The notes beneath the pieces were generated by a model. That model was not told where the DNA came from. It searched no databases and saw nothing but the letters and a program-made list of their open reading frames with translations. From Camelus ferus (Eukaryota), in assembly GCF_009834535.1 (NCBI RefSeq), contig NC_045697.1, forward strand, positions 16,556,001 to 16,620,000: DNA of 64,000 nucleotides, given 5' to 3'. Of the stretch, positions 1-12,929 are shown in pieces; the first letter of the stretch is position 1; every line of letters begins with the position of its first letter. The position numbers and the translations under genes were made by a program.

Positions 1-239
1 GAGTTAGGGGAATAAACCTGGGAAGGCTTTTACAGAGGGGAAAATTGAATAAAGTAAGAAACAGAATGGTAAATGTGGTTAACTTCAAGAAGTTAAGGAT
101 TATCCACACACCAAACGTAAGAAGCTGAGGGCAGGAATTAAGGTAATAGGTTGGGGATGGTTCAGGGAAGCCTTGGGGAGACGAAGGAATACAGAATAAT
201 TCTGTAGATGATAAGGAGTCATTAAAAGGGTTTAAAGCT

Positions 240-950
240 TGAAATAACCTCCCAGTTTTCTGACTTCAGTGTCTGAACGGAGAGGGCCACCATTCACTGG
301 GCAAGAAAATACAGGGAGAGGGCAGGCTGATGAGTGAGGCTGGAATGGTGAGTGTAGTTCTCAATGTGCTGAGCTGGAGGAGGCTGCAAAACATTCAGAC
401 GCATATGTTCAGTAAGTTGTCTTCAGGTATGAATTCAAGATGAAGACAGAGACTTTGGCGTCATCAGCAAGTGGACGGTTGTAAAGCATCAGGGATAGAT
501 TACACTGGCCAATGAAGCATGTGGAAAGAAGTAAGGCAGTGAGGCCGGAATGGAACCTGGGAGAACCCTATCCTTGAGGAGAGCACAGGATCCCAGAAGG
601 GACGGGGTTGGGCCAGCAGCACCTCCTCTGGAAGACTGCCCCGAGAACCACCTGTGTTACCTTCTCAAAATACATATGCTCACGATCCACTCTAGCCTCT
701 CCGATCTGACTTAATTCCCCTTAGGAGGGCCTGGACGTGTGTATTTTGAGAGAGTTCCACATTAAGTCTGATGTGTGCTTTTAGTTCAACACTGAAGTAA
801 AGAGTCTCAAAAGGTGTAGGTGGGAACGTCCCCGAGAGGGCCTGTGCTGTAAAGACCAAAAGGATCCGAATGATGCTGGTGATCCAGAGGGCGCTGGTGA
901 CTTCTGCCAGAATGAATCAGGAAGGCAAGGAGGAGAAGCCAGATTGCCCT
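240..950 (-). mobile_element. LINE-2 (L2) fragment, interrupted by a MER5-type element
   Basis: Reverse complement of 451-490 (gatggctttacaaccgtccacttgctgatgacgccaaagtc) resembles the L2 RT region catggctttaaataccatctatatgctgatgactcccaa (YADD motif). L2-like sequence resumes after ~795. Confidence 0.7.
620..795. mobile_element. MER5A-like hAT-Charlie non-autonomous DNA transposon
   Basis: agaaccacctgtg...gggcctggacgtgtgtattttgagagagttcc...tctgatgtgtgc resembles the MER5A consensus (agaatcacctgg...gggcccaggaatctgcattttaacaagctcccc...ttctgatgcac). Confidence 0.6.
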
Positions 951-957
951 CGAATGC

Positions 958-1498
958 TTTATTAGTTATCTATTGCTATGTAAAAATGGCTACAAACGTA
1001 GCAACTTAAAAGAACACACTCAATTATCTGCTAGTTTTTGTGGGAGCTTGAGGAATGGCCTACCTGGGTCTTCTGATTTACGGACTACATTCAAAGTGTG
1101 CCAAGTGGACTACTTTCTTAACTGGAGACTCGAATGAAAAGAATCCATTTCACTCTCAACTCAGGTTGTTCTCAGAATTTCTTTGAGGCTGTAAGCCTCA
1201 GGGCCCCAGCTTCTTGCTGGCTGAGGGCTGGAGGCCCCATCAACAACTAGAGGTTGCCCAGAGTTCTTTGCCTACACCAGGCCAGCCAATAAAGTCTCAG
1301 AAATGAGCATCCCAGCAGGATAGAATCTGTTATAAAGTAGCTTAATTATAAAAGTGACATCTCATCACCTTTGCCATATTCCACCGGCTGGAGAAAGTCA
1401 CAGGTACACTTACTCATGCCTAAGGGGAAGACCTTCTACGAGGCTATGCACCCCAGGAGATGGAGACCATGGGGGCACCTTAGAGTCTGTCTGCCACA
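958..1498 (-). mobile_element. MaLR solo LTR (MLT1F-like)
   Basis: Minus strand starts TGTGGCAGACAGACTCTAAGGTGCCCCCATGG and ends ...TAGCAATAGATAACTAAT, which are typical MLT1 LTR termini. Confidence 0.85.
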
Positions 1499-1521
1499 AA
1501 TATCTTACATTAAACATTATC

Positions 1522-2051
1522 TGTACCCAGATTGTAATTCTCAACGTGACTGCATGACAACACATAGAGGTCAAAGCATTGAAAGAAAGGTTTAATGTCA
1601 CTCAAAGTCCCCCTAGTGAGGCGTGGCTCACCGCTGAGCTACAGAAGGGATATGAGGTTTCAGGAAACAGAAGCAGGAGCAAGGAATAGGTTCAGAGCCT
1701 TTACTGACAGGAAAGACAATTCAGGACAAGGTGAACAGTTTACGAAAGGATAGTTTGAATAGTTTTGACTGCCTTTGGGCAATAGGGGTCGCTTCTAGTT
1801 GCCTGGCCCCTGGCCCTGGGATTATTAAGTCAGGTGAATATTGCCTGCTGGGGCGAAGGAACCGGATAGAGGTGGTTTGGCTCTGGACTGGTGAGTTTGC
1901 ATGTCCAAGTCAGCTCCACGCTGGGCCCCTTGCTATCTCCAAGAACCGGCCAGCCCTAGAAGGGCAGTCTCCCCTCCAGCCAGCTGGAAAAGTATTTTAA
2001 GATATCAAAACATCATAATATACAGAAACATGTTAAAATATGATTATTACA
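1522..2051 (-). mobile_element. ERVL-class solo LTR (MER74/MER73/MER54/MER88 group)
   Basis: Minus strand starts TGTAATAATCATATTTT...TCTGTATATTATGATGTTTTGATATCTT...GGCTGGAGGGGAGACTGCCCTTCTAGGGCTGGCC, with TG...CA termini. Confidence 0.75.
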
Positions 2052-2609
2052 AGACATCTGTATGTTTTCTATCCTGTATTTGGTGTCAGGATAGAAGTGG
2101 GGGAAAGATGAACTAAAGAAGAGAAAGAGAAACATAAACAGAAATAAAAGTATGTGAATATAGTTCAAGAAATCCATTGGCAATCTGGCCATGTTATCAC
2201 CAATCCAAGCTTAAAATACAGCAGCATGGACTTCTCTTTGACTCCAGAACTCAGTGAGGCTGGAGGAAAAACTATCAGGAAGACCTGTATTTAGGACAGA
2301 AAAGACAGCAACAAGTGTAAGAGTAATACTTGTAGGGAAATAGAAACCAGGACTGCAAATGAACATCATCTTCCTTTGCCATAAATGCCCTTGGGTTCTC
2401 AGTGCCAACATGAGCATTGGGCTTTCGCCTAACAGACTTTTTAAAGTAAGAAACAGAAAGTCTAGTGAGCGCTCTCAAATCTCCCTAAAGTGAAGATAGT
2501 TTCTATCTCTGCATCTCCCAATTTCCTTCTCTCTACCTTCTGACTCCACACAAACACACACACACACCCACACACCTTCTCTTATTCCTTCTTTCCTAAA
2601 ATCACACAC

Positions 2610-2790
2610 TCTGGAATCAGATAAATCTGGTTCAATCATTAACCCAGCCATTTATTTTTTTCTTAATTCTTGGAAGTAGGAATGCCAGTAACACTCACCT
2701 CAGGTGGTTATTTTGAAATTTCAATAATATAATACGAGTAACTCACTAAGCACAGTGACTGGCATACAGGGAGCAGACTATGAATGATGT
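2610..2790 (+). mobile_element. MIR SINE fragment
   Basis: ctggaatcagataaatctggttcaa... and ...cactaagcacagtgactggcataca resemble the MIR 5' and 3' parts. Confidence 0.65.
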
Positions 2791-3879
2791 CAACAATCAT
2801 GATCATGTTGACTGTGGTGATAATCATAATGACAGGAGGGAATGCGGATATAATGATGGTGACTTCCGTGCATGGATTTCCAGAGCAGCTGCCAATGAAC
2901 TCACTGTTTCAGCAAGGGAAGCCATCAATACCTGGCACCTGATGTCCTAACCTCTTCCCTAACCTGGATTAAAGGGAAAGTTCCAGGACAAACGATGACT
3001 GGCAAAATCAATAACTCACAGTGTAAGGAACTGAGATGTTGCCCAATGAAAGGAGTCAGACAAGGTTCAGAGTAGATTTAGCCAAGGTGTGTTAGCTTGA
3101 TTCGTGTTTATGTTCTAAAGGAATATCAATTGATAGATTCATCAGAAACACTTACTGACCACACGAGGAGGGGAGCCCCAGAGGCAGTGAAAGGTGATGC
3201 CTGGAATGCCCTGGGTTTAAGCACCTTTGATCTAACCATCTGGGGGCACCGGGTCTTTCTAAATTTCCGCAAACGATGGAGGTGACAAATGTGACCGATA
3301 TGATCAATTCCAAGTGAGTGCTAAGAAGGCAAGTCTGATACAAGGGCATGAACAAGAGAGATGACTAGTGTGACCAGAGGAGTGAGAGAAACCAGGAGGG
3401 ACTCATGTAGAAAAACCAAATGAGCCATTAAAATGGTGTTTTTGAAAGATTTAATGGAGTGAAACAAAGCTTATAGTACCATTTGAAGTGAAAAAAAAAG
3501 CAGCATTCAAAAATCGTATATACAGTAAATAATTTGATAAATACAAAACCGAGCTCATTTCTTCATTACTTCCTCATCCCCCAGCACACGCACACTCAGG
3601 ATTAGAAGGCAAGGTGCCATGATGTTAATGGCTAATATTTGAATGATAAGGACTTAATTGTTTTTATTCTTCTTTATCATTTTCTATTTTCCCAAAATTT
3701 CATAATGTGTGTGAATTAACTACACAATTGACAAAAACAAGAAAAAAAAAACCAAAAACCTGTCTCCTTGGCTTGTTAAACTCACCTTACTGAATCCTAC
3801 TTAATCTCCCTGCTCCTTTAGTTCTTACTTTATCGAGGAAGACAACTCTGATCACAGCTCTGGGGTTGGAGGACCCCTG

Positions 3880-4040
3880 CAGTTATCCCCAAAGCACTCA
3901 GTTTACCCCACCACTTACTGCATGCACTCTCATTAACTTTTCTGTTTCTCTACTAGACGGTAAGCTCTGAAATCAGGGACCGTGTGTAATTTCAACCGTG
4001 GTTTATTCCAGTGCTTAAAATACCTGGTCCAGAGGAAGTG
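3880..4040 (+). mobile_element. L2 3' end fragment
   Basis: ctactagacggtaagctctgaaatcagggaccgtgt resembles the L2 tail ccactagactgtaagctccttgagggcagggac. Confidence 0.65.
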
Positions 4041-5127
4041 TAGAAAAAGCAAAGAAGTGATGTAAAATTGTACCTAAAAAAAAAAAAGGATAACATGAGA
4101 GAGGTATTACTTTAGTGGTGAGTAGAACCAGAAAGGGCATCTAAGCAAATGGGGTGTCTTGGAGGCAGAAGGCACGGGAACCAGGGCTAGGAAGAGAATT
4201 GTTTGCTGAAACAGTCATAAGAAGCTGAGAGCAAAGGGAGGTTGGGAAAGGCAGACTGAGCTCATATTATGACCACTGAAGTTCAGTAATAAAGTCTTCA
4301 GCTGATTTAGGCGGATGAGAAAACGCTGCCCAGGGTTTGGGAGGAGAGAATCGGTATGGCGGGGAAGAAACAGGGCAGGCAGGTTTTATCTCTGGGACTA
4401 GACAGCGTGCAAAGTGGCAACACGCAGGGCATTACTTTGGCTCTAAAAAGAAAGCAGAGTCTCTGGGTTTTCTGGAGCCTAAAAATGCTGGGCTCATCCT
4501 CCTGCTGTAACCTCTTCAAGAGACCTGCCAGCAGCTCCTGCCCATCTCACCCCAGGTGGGCTGGGAGGCAAGGAGGAATGAGAGCAGGAGAGGAGTTAAT
4601 AGTCAGTACAGGGGAGAACCAACGCCAGCTCCTTCCGTCCCCATCCCAACCTGGAGCCTCCAGCCCCACTGCTGTTTCTGAAGTTAGGGTAGCTTTCTTT
4701 GTATCCTTTTGAAGAAATTTATTTGCAAGTCAAACTTGTTATCCTGGTTAACCCACTTGCTAAGTAAATAGAACCAAAGCCCAATTATGTCAGCGTCCTG
4801 TTTTAAAAGCTGCTTGGGTTTTTGGACCCTCTAAAAGAACGCTTGTCTCCTTGAGTTAAAAGCTGCTTTAAGGAGCTGAGTGTCTGTGGTGAGGAATGTT
4901 ATTCTGTAAAAGACTACAGGAAAACAGGCTGATGACTTGGGTCCTCTGCTTGGCTTCGCTGTCATGAGAGAGTTATTACAAATCGAATGCACCACTCTGG
5001 GAAGATTTTAATTACAAAGGAATTGGAGCATTAGCAGGTTATCTTCAGAACACTGAAAGTAGCTTAAACTGGCCAAAGACTATGTCCTTCTCAACAAAGG
5101 TCTTGAAGAACAGCCAGAGTAACAACC

Positions 5128-5154
<27 letters not shown>
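5128..5154 (+). repeat. Poly(A) tract, A27
   Basis: Directly visible. Confidence 0.95.
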
Positions 5155-5158
<4 letters not shown>

Positions 5159-5526
5159 GTGTCTAGGAGCACGACAATCAAGAACTCTGCAATGTACTGC
5201 AGTCTTCTGCTTCCAATGGGAAAATGGCATTTTAATCCCTGAGCATCCCCCCAGCTTCCTTCATGGCTACTATAAGAATTAGTTCTCAGATCATACTGAA
5301 GCCTAAAATGTGTTTATGACATTAAAACACTTTTAAAGCTTTGAATTGCCTATATCATGACCTTTGGTGCTTTCACTAGGTCCTTCTGGATGAGGTGTTA
5401 TGTTAACGGCAGTTAGCCTTTACTTTTAATTTTATTTGAATACTGACAGTGCTTCCTTGCTAATTTTTATGGACCTGAAGGAACGTATTTGCTGCTACTC
5501 ACAATGGAGAATGGCCGTCAGGGGGT

Positions 5527-5900
5527 GTATTAGTCAGCGTTCTGGATTCAAAGCAATGGAACATGATTCTAGATTAATTCAATGGAAAGGAATCTCCTGG
5601 AAAGATAAGAGGTCACAGAACTGAAGGCAGGCTGGAGAAGCTAGGCTTACGAATGAACAGGCACTGGAAGAGCTCCAAACTGTTAGAAGGAAACATGGCA
5701 GTAGTTCCATAGCATAGAAATCAAATGATCTTCACCCAACACTATGTTCTAGAGCCACTAGGTCAAAATTCAAAGCCCGAGCTTACGGGTAGCCTAGAGG
5801 AGGAGAAAGAGTGGGAAGGCAGCCCTCCCTCACGCCCCGACTACACACAGTGAGGAGTTGCCTGGAAAGGACATCAGGGTGCTCTCAGGAAGGAAGAAGC
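5527..5900 (-). mobile_element. Old MaLR LTR fragment (MLT1J/K/L-like)
   Basis: tgtattagtcagcgttctggattcaaagcaatggaac...ggtcacagaactgaaggcaggctggag is the typical reverse-oriented MLT1 3' end. Confidence 0.55.
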
Positions 5901-7068
5901 CAAGAGATGGACACTGGTCATTCTGGTCCATAGTCATAGGAAACAGACGCAGAAAGATCCTTTAGAGACAAGTTAGCATCACCCACCAACTGAGCCCAGC
6001 CAGGCTCTCTGACTTCAGGGAAAAGCCCCAGCCAAAATGTCACACTAGTGCACCACACACTTTCATCTGATTTTTCAAAGTGCATTTTTTACCTTTTAAA
6101 ATCATGTTTTTAAATTATAAAGAAAAAAAATTATCATTTTGGAAAACCATCCAAATGGATAGAAGCAGAAAAAAAGAATACATACATTATCACTCACAAT
6201 CTTATCTTTACAATTACTGATGAGATTCCAGTTTTTTCCTTCTGTTTCTTTTGCATATATATTTCCTGAATATATACACTTGTATATTCTGCTTTCCTTT
6301 GTGTCTTCATAAAAAGAATTTTCCGTATTAACAAAAGCATCTCATAAACATTACTTTAATGGTTACATAATATTCCATCCCTTTTTCTACCATTAAATCA
6401 AAGTCTTTGGGAAATATTTACTTTATGTCATCGTTTAAAGCAAATACCAACAAACAACTTGGTACGTAAAACTTCTTTTTCCCACCTTAACTAAATGTGG
6501 GTTAATTGTAGTAGAAATATTAATTTAAAAAGATCTGAAACTTTTCAAACTCTGCTACATGCAAACATTGGATTTTCAACCCGCTAGGCAGATGTGAGAA
6601 TAGCAAATCATATATCTTCCTTTGTATTTGAATATTATAATAAAAATACATATGATAATTTAATAGTCAGTCTGGACTCTCTATTGGTTTAAATCATGCT
6701 TCCATATTTGGTACTTCTTGAATGTTAGTGAGCTTTGGAAGAGCTCATCTGTTTATTACCTGTGTGACTTGGGCAAGTCATTTACCTTCTCTCAGCCTCA
6801 TTCCTCATTCACAACAGAAAGAAATAATAGTAACCATCATAGAGTATGGTGAAGATTTAATGAAGTCTTCATACATAAAATTGCTTTGTAAAATAGAAAA
6901 CTATCAATCAAAGGGTTTTCTTAGATGTCAATATATTTGGAGGCTTGGGTGAGGAGTGTCCAGAAAAAAAGCTGCTCTAAGTACATACGTCCTTTCCCAC
7001 GAGTCCAGCACCACAACTTGAAGTCCAGAGCTCCCCGCTGTGTTTATGGATGCCCAATTTCATACTGC

Positions 7069-7087
7069 TGCCATCAGAGGGCGTCTG
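7069..7087 (+). promoter_or_regulatory. Candidate CTCF site
   Basis: tgCCATCAGAGGGCGTctg matches the core CCASYAGRKGGCRS at 12 of 14 positions and lies in unique sequence with several retained CpGs. Confidence 0.45.
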
Positions 7088-8509
7088 ATCGAAATTAGGC
7101 CCGCTTTCCTCACCCGGCCATGGTGGGGCAAATTAGCTTTTTCTTACAGTTTAACAGAATGACGTTTACTTCTCAGATTTTACCAATATCAAAAATGGAG
7201 TGCAGTATAGTGAAAGAATAAAGAGAAATCTTAACATCAACCATTATCTCTCCCTCAGCTTGTTCTGCATCAAGAATGTTCTCTAGAAGATCCTCTCCCC
7301 CCAGATTTCTCCCACCGCCTATTTAGGAGCTCAGGATGAGTTCTGCCAGCTGTTACAGTGCCGTAGGATTACAAACGTCACAAAGCACGGATATCCAAAA
7401 CGAGAAACCCCCTCAGAGCACCTTAGTTGCCCAGGACTAAGTACCAATTGAGTTAGGAAGTTTGTAACCATCCATAGCCCAGTGATGTTAATAAAGAATC
7501 AGGAAAATGCCAATGATGGGCATTTTTTGGAGATTCTAGTATGCTTTTATTCATTCAAGCCTGATCCTCAGAATTAAGGTGGTCCTGACTAGAGTGTGAT
7601 CTAAAAGTGATCAGAGAACCTAGGAAGAATCCAAGTGTATTCTTGATTTTGTGTTGTAGTAAAGGTGTGTATAGCCCCCCCAAATTAATTTTCTTTTCCT
7701 TCCCCCCACCACAGAAATCAGAGTTTAATCAAAGAGTAAAGGAAACTCATGGGCAGTCTAGTCAGAGAATCACACATCTCAGTCCATCCTGACTCGTCCA
7801 TTTGTTGGGCTGTGTAACTTTAGAGAAGTCACTTCACCTTTCTCAGCCTTGGTGCCCTCACCTGCAACAGGCTACTTAGTGAAATTTCTTAGGAAATAAA
7901 AGGGAAAAAAAACAACTTTGGGCATAAGAAATGTTCCTCAAAATAAAAACAGAATATTTTAAGTGTGCTTCACTTAAGTTAGTAATGCTGCAATGCAATC
8001 AAACATCTGAGTTTTACAGAAAACTACTTTGAGATTGTATTTGCACAATTGGCTTTGGTATTATGTTGTCCACATATGAATACACAGCTGGTTGCTTATA
8101 TGTCTATATCCTTTCGTATATTAAATGGGGAAACTTTGAGAGTGCTGTTTATTCATTTCTGACATTTCATTTGTGAAAAGAGAGAATGTTGATAAAATAA
8201 GCAAAATTTTAGCTCATATTGATAAAAAAAAATGATGGCTTACTAGAATCTAGACGTCTTAGAAGGAACTCCCAATGTTCAATAAGACGTTCAAGAATGG
8301 CATTCTCATTAACCTTGAACATCCTCCAGATGCTTCTTTGATAACATTAACTATCTCAAAAACCATGTGGTTTCAGCCCACTGACCCATACAATACATGG
8401 CGTGAATGTACATGTGAAAGTTACAGTTGAAGTTTGAGAAAGGTGGTTTGTCTGATTCCGGATGAATCTCTCCAGGCTCAATATTTCTGTTAGCCCTTGT
8501 TGAATTCAC

Positions 8510-8610
8510 TGTGTGTGTGTGTGTGTGTGTGTGTGTACGCACGTATGCATGTGCGTGTGCGCATGTGCGTGTGTATGTGCGTACGTGTGTCCACGTGTGC
8601 ATGTGTGTGT
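8510..8610. repeat. (TG)n microsatellite extending into an alternating purine-pyrimidine tract
   Basis: Directly visible. RY alternation is unbroken over 8510-8590. Confidence 0.95.
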
Positions 8611-9199
8611 TCAGTTACTTATCCAGATGATGAAATCATGTTTTCTATGTTGATTTTAATTTTAAAGGCAGCTGAAATGTCCACATAGCAGGAATCTAAA
8701 ACCCCATATAGCTTCTGCAGCATTTTTCTGGCTTATGATGGTCTTAACTAAAATATTGTGAGGTTTTTAGCTCTAAAGTTAGAGTAATAATCTACTGTGA
8801 ACTTTTACATTTCAAGATTACAAAAAAGCAACAGGAGCTCCATGGAGACAGAAATCTTGTGTTTTGTTTCCTTCTATATAAAGATTCCTTTTTTTAAGAG
8901 AAGTTAATTACAGACCCATCCACCTCCCCCAGGTGAGGGACAACTGGAAAGCATAGCTAAGGTTCTCTATGATGTTGGTTTTTAAAAATAAATTGGTAAG
9001 TTTCCTTGTAGAAATATTGGTGGATTCAGCGAAAACATTACTCACTGTTGTGAATTCTATTAGACCAATGTAGGGATATCAGATGTTCTAAAACAGTATA
9101 ACTCCAGGTGATAAAAGACCAATTCATATAGAAGGTGAGTATCGTTAAAGAGTTCTACATTCTTTGCCAGCTTTTCTTCATGCTAGAACTATGGGTGGC

Positions 9200-9440
9200 A
9201 ATATCAGGTGGTTAACAGCAAAACTTCTGGAGTCAGACTGCTTTGGTTCAAATCAAGGCATCTCCATACACAAGCGTGAGTCTGGGGAAGTTGTTAAATA
9301 CACAGAGCCTTAGTTTTCCTCCCTGAAGGAGAGGAGTAATAGATTTTACATCTTTGACTTCTCGTGAGTGTTAAATAATTTGTGTAAACCAATTACTGTA
9401 GTTCCTGGCACATATTAAATGCTCAATTAGCATTAGTCAC
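9200..9440 (+). mobile_element. MIR SINE, near full length
   Basis: ggtggttaacagcaaaacttctggagtcagactgctttggttcaaatc...agccttagttttcctcc...gttcctggcacatattaaatgctcaat. Confidence 0.85.
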
Positions 9441-11079
9441 ATTATTATAAGAATGAGTCCTTCAAGAATCTGGATAGAAAAATAAAAGATTCCTTTATTT
9501 AAGTGAACTTGGGGAAATCATGATTATAGTTCTGCTTCTTTACAGATTCATAACATAAATTAATGTATTAAAGGTTCTGCAAAGCCCTGGACGCATTTAG
9601 CAGAATTTTACTGACCATAATGAACCACACAGTCATTTGGGGCTTTTTCTGCATTATGTCTAACATCTCTCCTCATCGTCTCCTCAAAATTAGCATTTCA
9701 TTTATTCATGGAGTAACAATTCAAAATCTCCCTTTACAAGCATAAACCTTAAGATAGCATTATAGATGGCAAGTCCCACTTCTTAAGAAGTATGAAGGTG
9801 GTCTGGCTATGACATCTGTCCCCTCTCCACTTTGTATTTGGGATAACCAAGCACATGTCCTCCTCACACACAGTCTGAGAAAATAGCCTTCTCAGAGAAA
9901 TTTTCTCCAGATAAGGATTCTAAGAAGCTTGTGTTTCCTTCTAGAACTTCCACTTGTCCATCCAGACAACCTCAAAAGCCCCGGGAAAAAGAGTGCCCAT
10001 CAGTAGGACTGTGCATGTGCTATGCCAGCTACTGTTGTTTGAATTACCAAAATTTCTGTGTCCTTTATGCCTTCTTTTGCTTTGATGCACTCTAGGATAG
10101 ACCAATGCCTCTTTGGGCATTGTAAGTAAGTGAAGAAGGACAATTTTCTTTTTCTCTTTTTCTTTGAGTTCAGTGATGAAGTAGACTGAGCCAGTTTACA
10201 GGAAAATGCCAAGGCTTTTTGTATTGGTCATCCCAGCATGAAAAGTCTCCTCAAGGCTATTCCCAGGGATGTCGAGGTGCAGGTATGACCCACGGTATTC
10301 ATACTTCCTGTCCCAGCACCTGGGTCCAGAGATCCCCTGATATAGTCTTTGTTACTTACAAATATCAGATCTTTTCAACCCTCCTTTTGGCTAAACCATA
10401 AATATGCAGTGTGGTGTGAAGGTGAGTGGCATCTTTCCCCTGGACATTTTTGTCTACAATAAACACTAGTTGTTTCAGGCACATTCCAGACACAACAGCA
10501 AAGGTTCAGGAGATCCTGTATTGTTTTCTGCTCCAGTTGTTAGCAAAAAAAGTAAAATAGCACTTTGTGCAACTCATGGTGTGGGCTACCACACATCCTC
10601 TGGAATTGGAAATAAAGAAAAATGATCTGGGAACAAACTTACTGGAAAAAACACTTGACTCATATACTCTGGCCTGAAGCAAGGGGCACTCTGATTGGCC
10701 TAACTTGAAGCTGTGCGGATCCCTAAAACCAATCACCAGGAACCAGCATGTGTGATGAGGCTGGGAGCACCATGATAACCATGAGAACTGGGGAAGAGCA
10801 GTTCCTGAAAAATGAAGTAAATGGTAGAAAATTCCAGAGGTCCACTTAGGAGGAGAAACATAGTAAAGAAGAAACTTGGGAACTAGGTAGAGGCTAAATA
10901 ACAGGATTGAAAGACCACGTTAGTAAATGTTTAGCATAATCGAAGACCTCAGTAAGAAATGATCATGGCCCAAGATGACCCTTGGTCTAAGTCTCTGCTT
11001 GAAACTTACCTTGTGCCAATCCCCTCTGTTCTGCTTGCTTCTGCAAAGCCCACCAAATCACTATGTCCAACCTTCTTTA

Positions 11080-11380
11080 AGAGATATTTTGAACATATTA
11101 TTTCTACCACTTGGAGTGTTCATCTCATTTTTCCCAGATGATTCTTAAAATGTTTAAGCCTACTGGGGTGACTCTAGAATTCTCCTTCATAGCCCTTGTG
11201 ACAATCTGTAATTATGTGTTGATTGAGCTGAGTGATTATTTGTCTCTTGTGTGTCTCCATCAGTAAACTTTAAGCCCTCTGAAGTCAGGACCCACATTCC
11301 TGCTGATCGCCCTTTTATTTCTGGGGCTCAGTGCAGCACCTAGCACTCTAGGTGTGCAATAAACACTTGTAGAATGGCTA
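11080..11380 (+). mobile_element. L2 3' end fragment
   Basis: tgtgtctccatcagtaaactttaagccctctgaagtcaggacc...gcacctagcactctaggtgtgcaataaacacttgtagaatg. Confidence 0.7.
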
Positions 11381-12929
11381 GAGTAAGAAGCATGATTTAT
11401 GTCTCAATCATTTTCTGAGTATATGATGTCCTCTCACGTTCCTGTGGTTGTGTATATGCTACATGTCCCTTCCCTGATGCTCAGCATGAAACACTTTTGC
11501 TCCTGTGTTAGGAAAACTCAATTTCTTCTCCTCTACTACACTGTTTCAGACTTCCCATTCCCTCTCAGAAAAACAGATGCTTTCTGTAGGTGACCCTAAT
11601 TACCCGCTGCATACTTCCATAATAGCAAGCCATTGCATTTCATTGTAAATTATGTTGCTATTACCTACTTTCACCGTACAGTGAGTTCCTTAAGAGCAAG
11701 TAACTTTGCATCAGCAACAACTAGCAAAATGCATGCAACGCTGTAGTCAGGTAGCAAATGTTTCTTAAGTTAATGAATGAGGTGAGAAAATAATATTTTA
11801 CTACTGAAAGAGGCTATAGAGATTCCTTTATTTTATAAATGAGAAAGTAGCATTACATAATAATATTACATTTTCCAAATCAACCAGAAGATGAATTCTG
11901 TCTCTCTTGCCCATCATTATACCCTAAATGTCTAGTGTTTCACATAGTATATGTGTCCAATGAATAATGTTTAAATGTTAAAGTATAAAATCTTATAATT
12001 AATTAGTGATTATGCTAGTTTAAGAAGATATTCACAAGTCACTTTCTATTTTTCAATGTGTGCGCCACTAAAAAGTGCTGACTGCCCTCTTAGTGTTGTC
12101 AAAGGCGAAGAAAAGTACCCATGCATTTCCAACTTAATGAAATAATCCTCGTTTACTGTTTCCTACCTTTTTTTCCTCTATTTTAAGGTTGATCTTTCTC
12201 CTTTGTAAGACTGGCATAATCTAAACTCTCCAAAGATTCAGTTCAAATCCAAATCAAATAGTCAACCATGAGCACAGAGCAGTTACAGCTGTGGATCTTG
12301 GGAAGCAAACCAGGTCAGTGTGTATTGACACAGAGCTGGCATACAAGTTCTTGTGTTCCCTTGTCCATTTGTAAAATATCCCCACATCTTTCAAAATCCA
12401 TTTCTATCATTCGCTGCTAAAACTGGTTAAATAAATGATAGTGGCTCTTTGCTACAAGATATTTTGCAGCCATTAGACATCTTTCAAAAACTCGAAGACT
12501 TTTCCAGGAATTGGTGGAATAGTCAGTATATAATACCAGCTGATGATTTGGGAGAGAAAATTGTGTCTATCATTTGATCTCAATTTTGAGATAAATGGAT
12601 GAGAATAAAAAACACATCAAAATATTAAGAGTGGCTTTCAAGAACGGTCATTCTCTAGTAGATGTCTTCCTTCTATTTTTTATCTTTTTTCCAGATATTT
12701 TTTCAACAAGCATGTAAAAATTCTTATAACCAGCAAAAAATAATGTTGTAGTAATTCTCACGAAAGGATCTGCAATTAGTCATGTACAACATCAGTGTGG
12801 TTCTATTTTATTACTCTACCCCCTCCAGAGGCATTTTCCCCCAAGCTCCGTTCCTCCTTGTGAAATAAAAGGCTTTATCTCCAGTCCAAGGGCTTTCAAA
12901 AATAAGAGGAGCAGTAATAATACTGTGGA

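Noticed and set aside
880..897. CTCF-like gatccagagggcgctg
   Set aside because: The 5' half of the core mismatches at three positions and the motif sits within L2 sequence.
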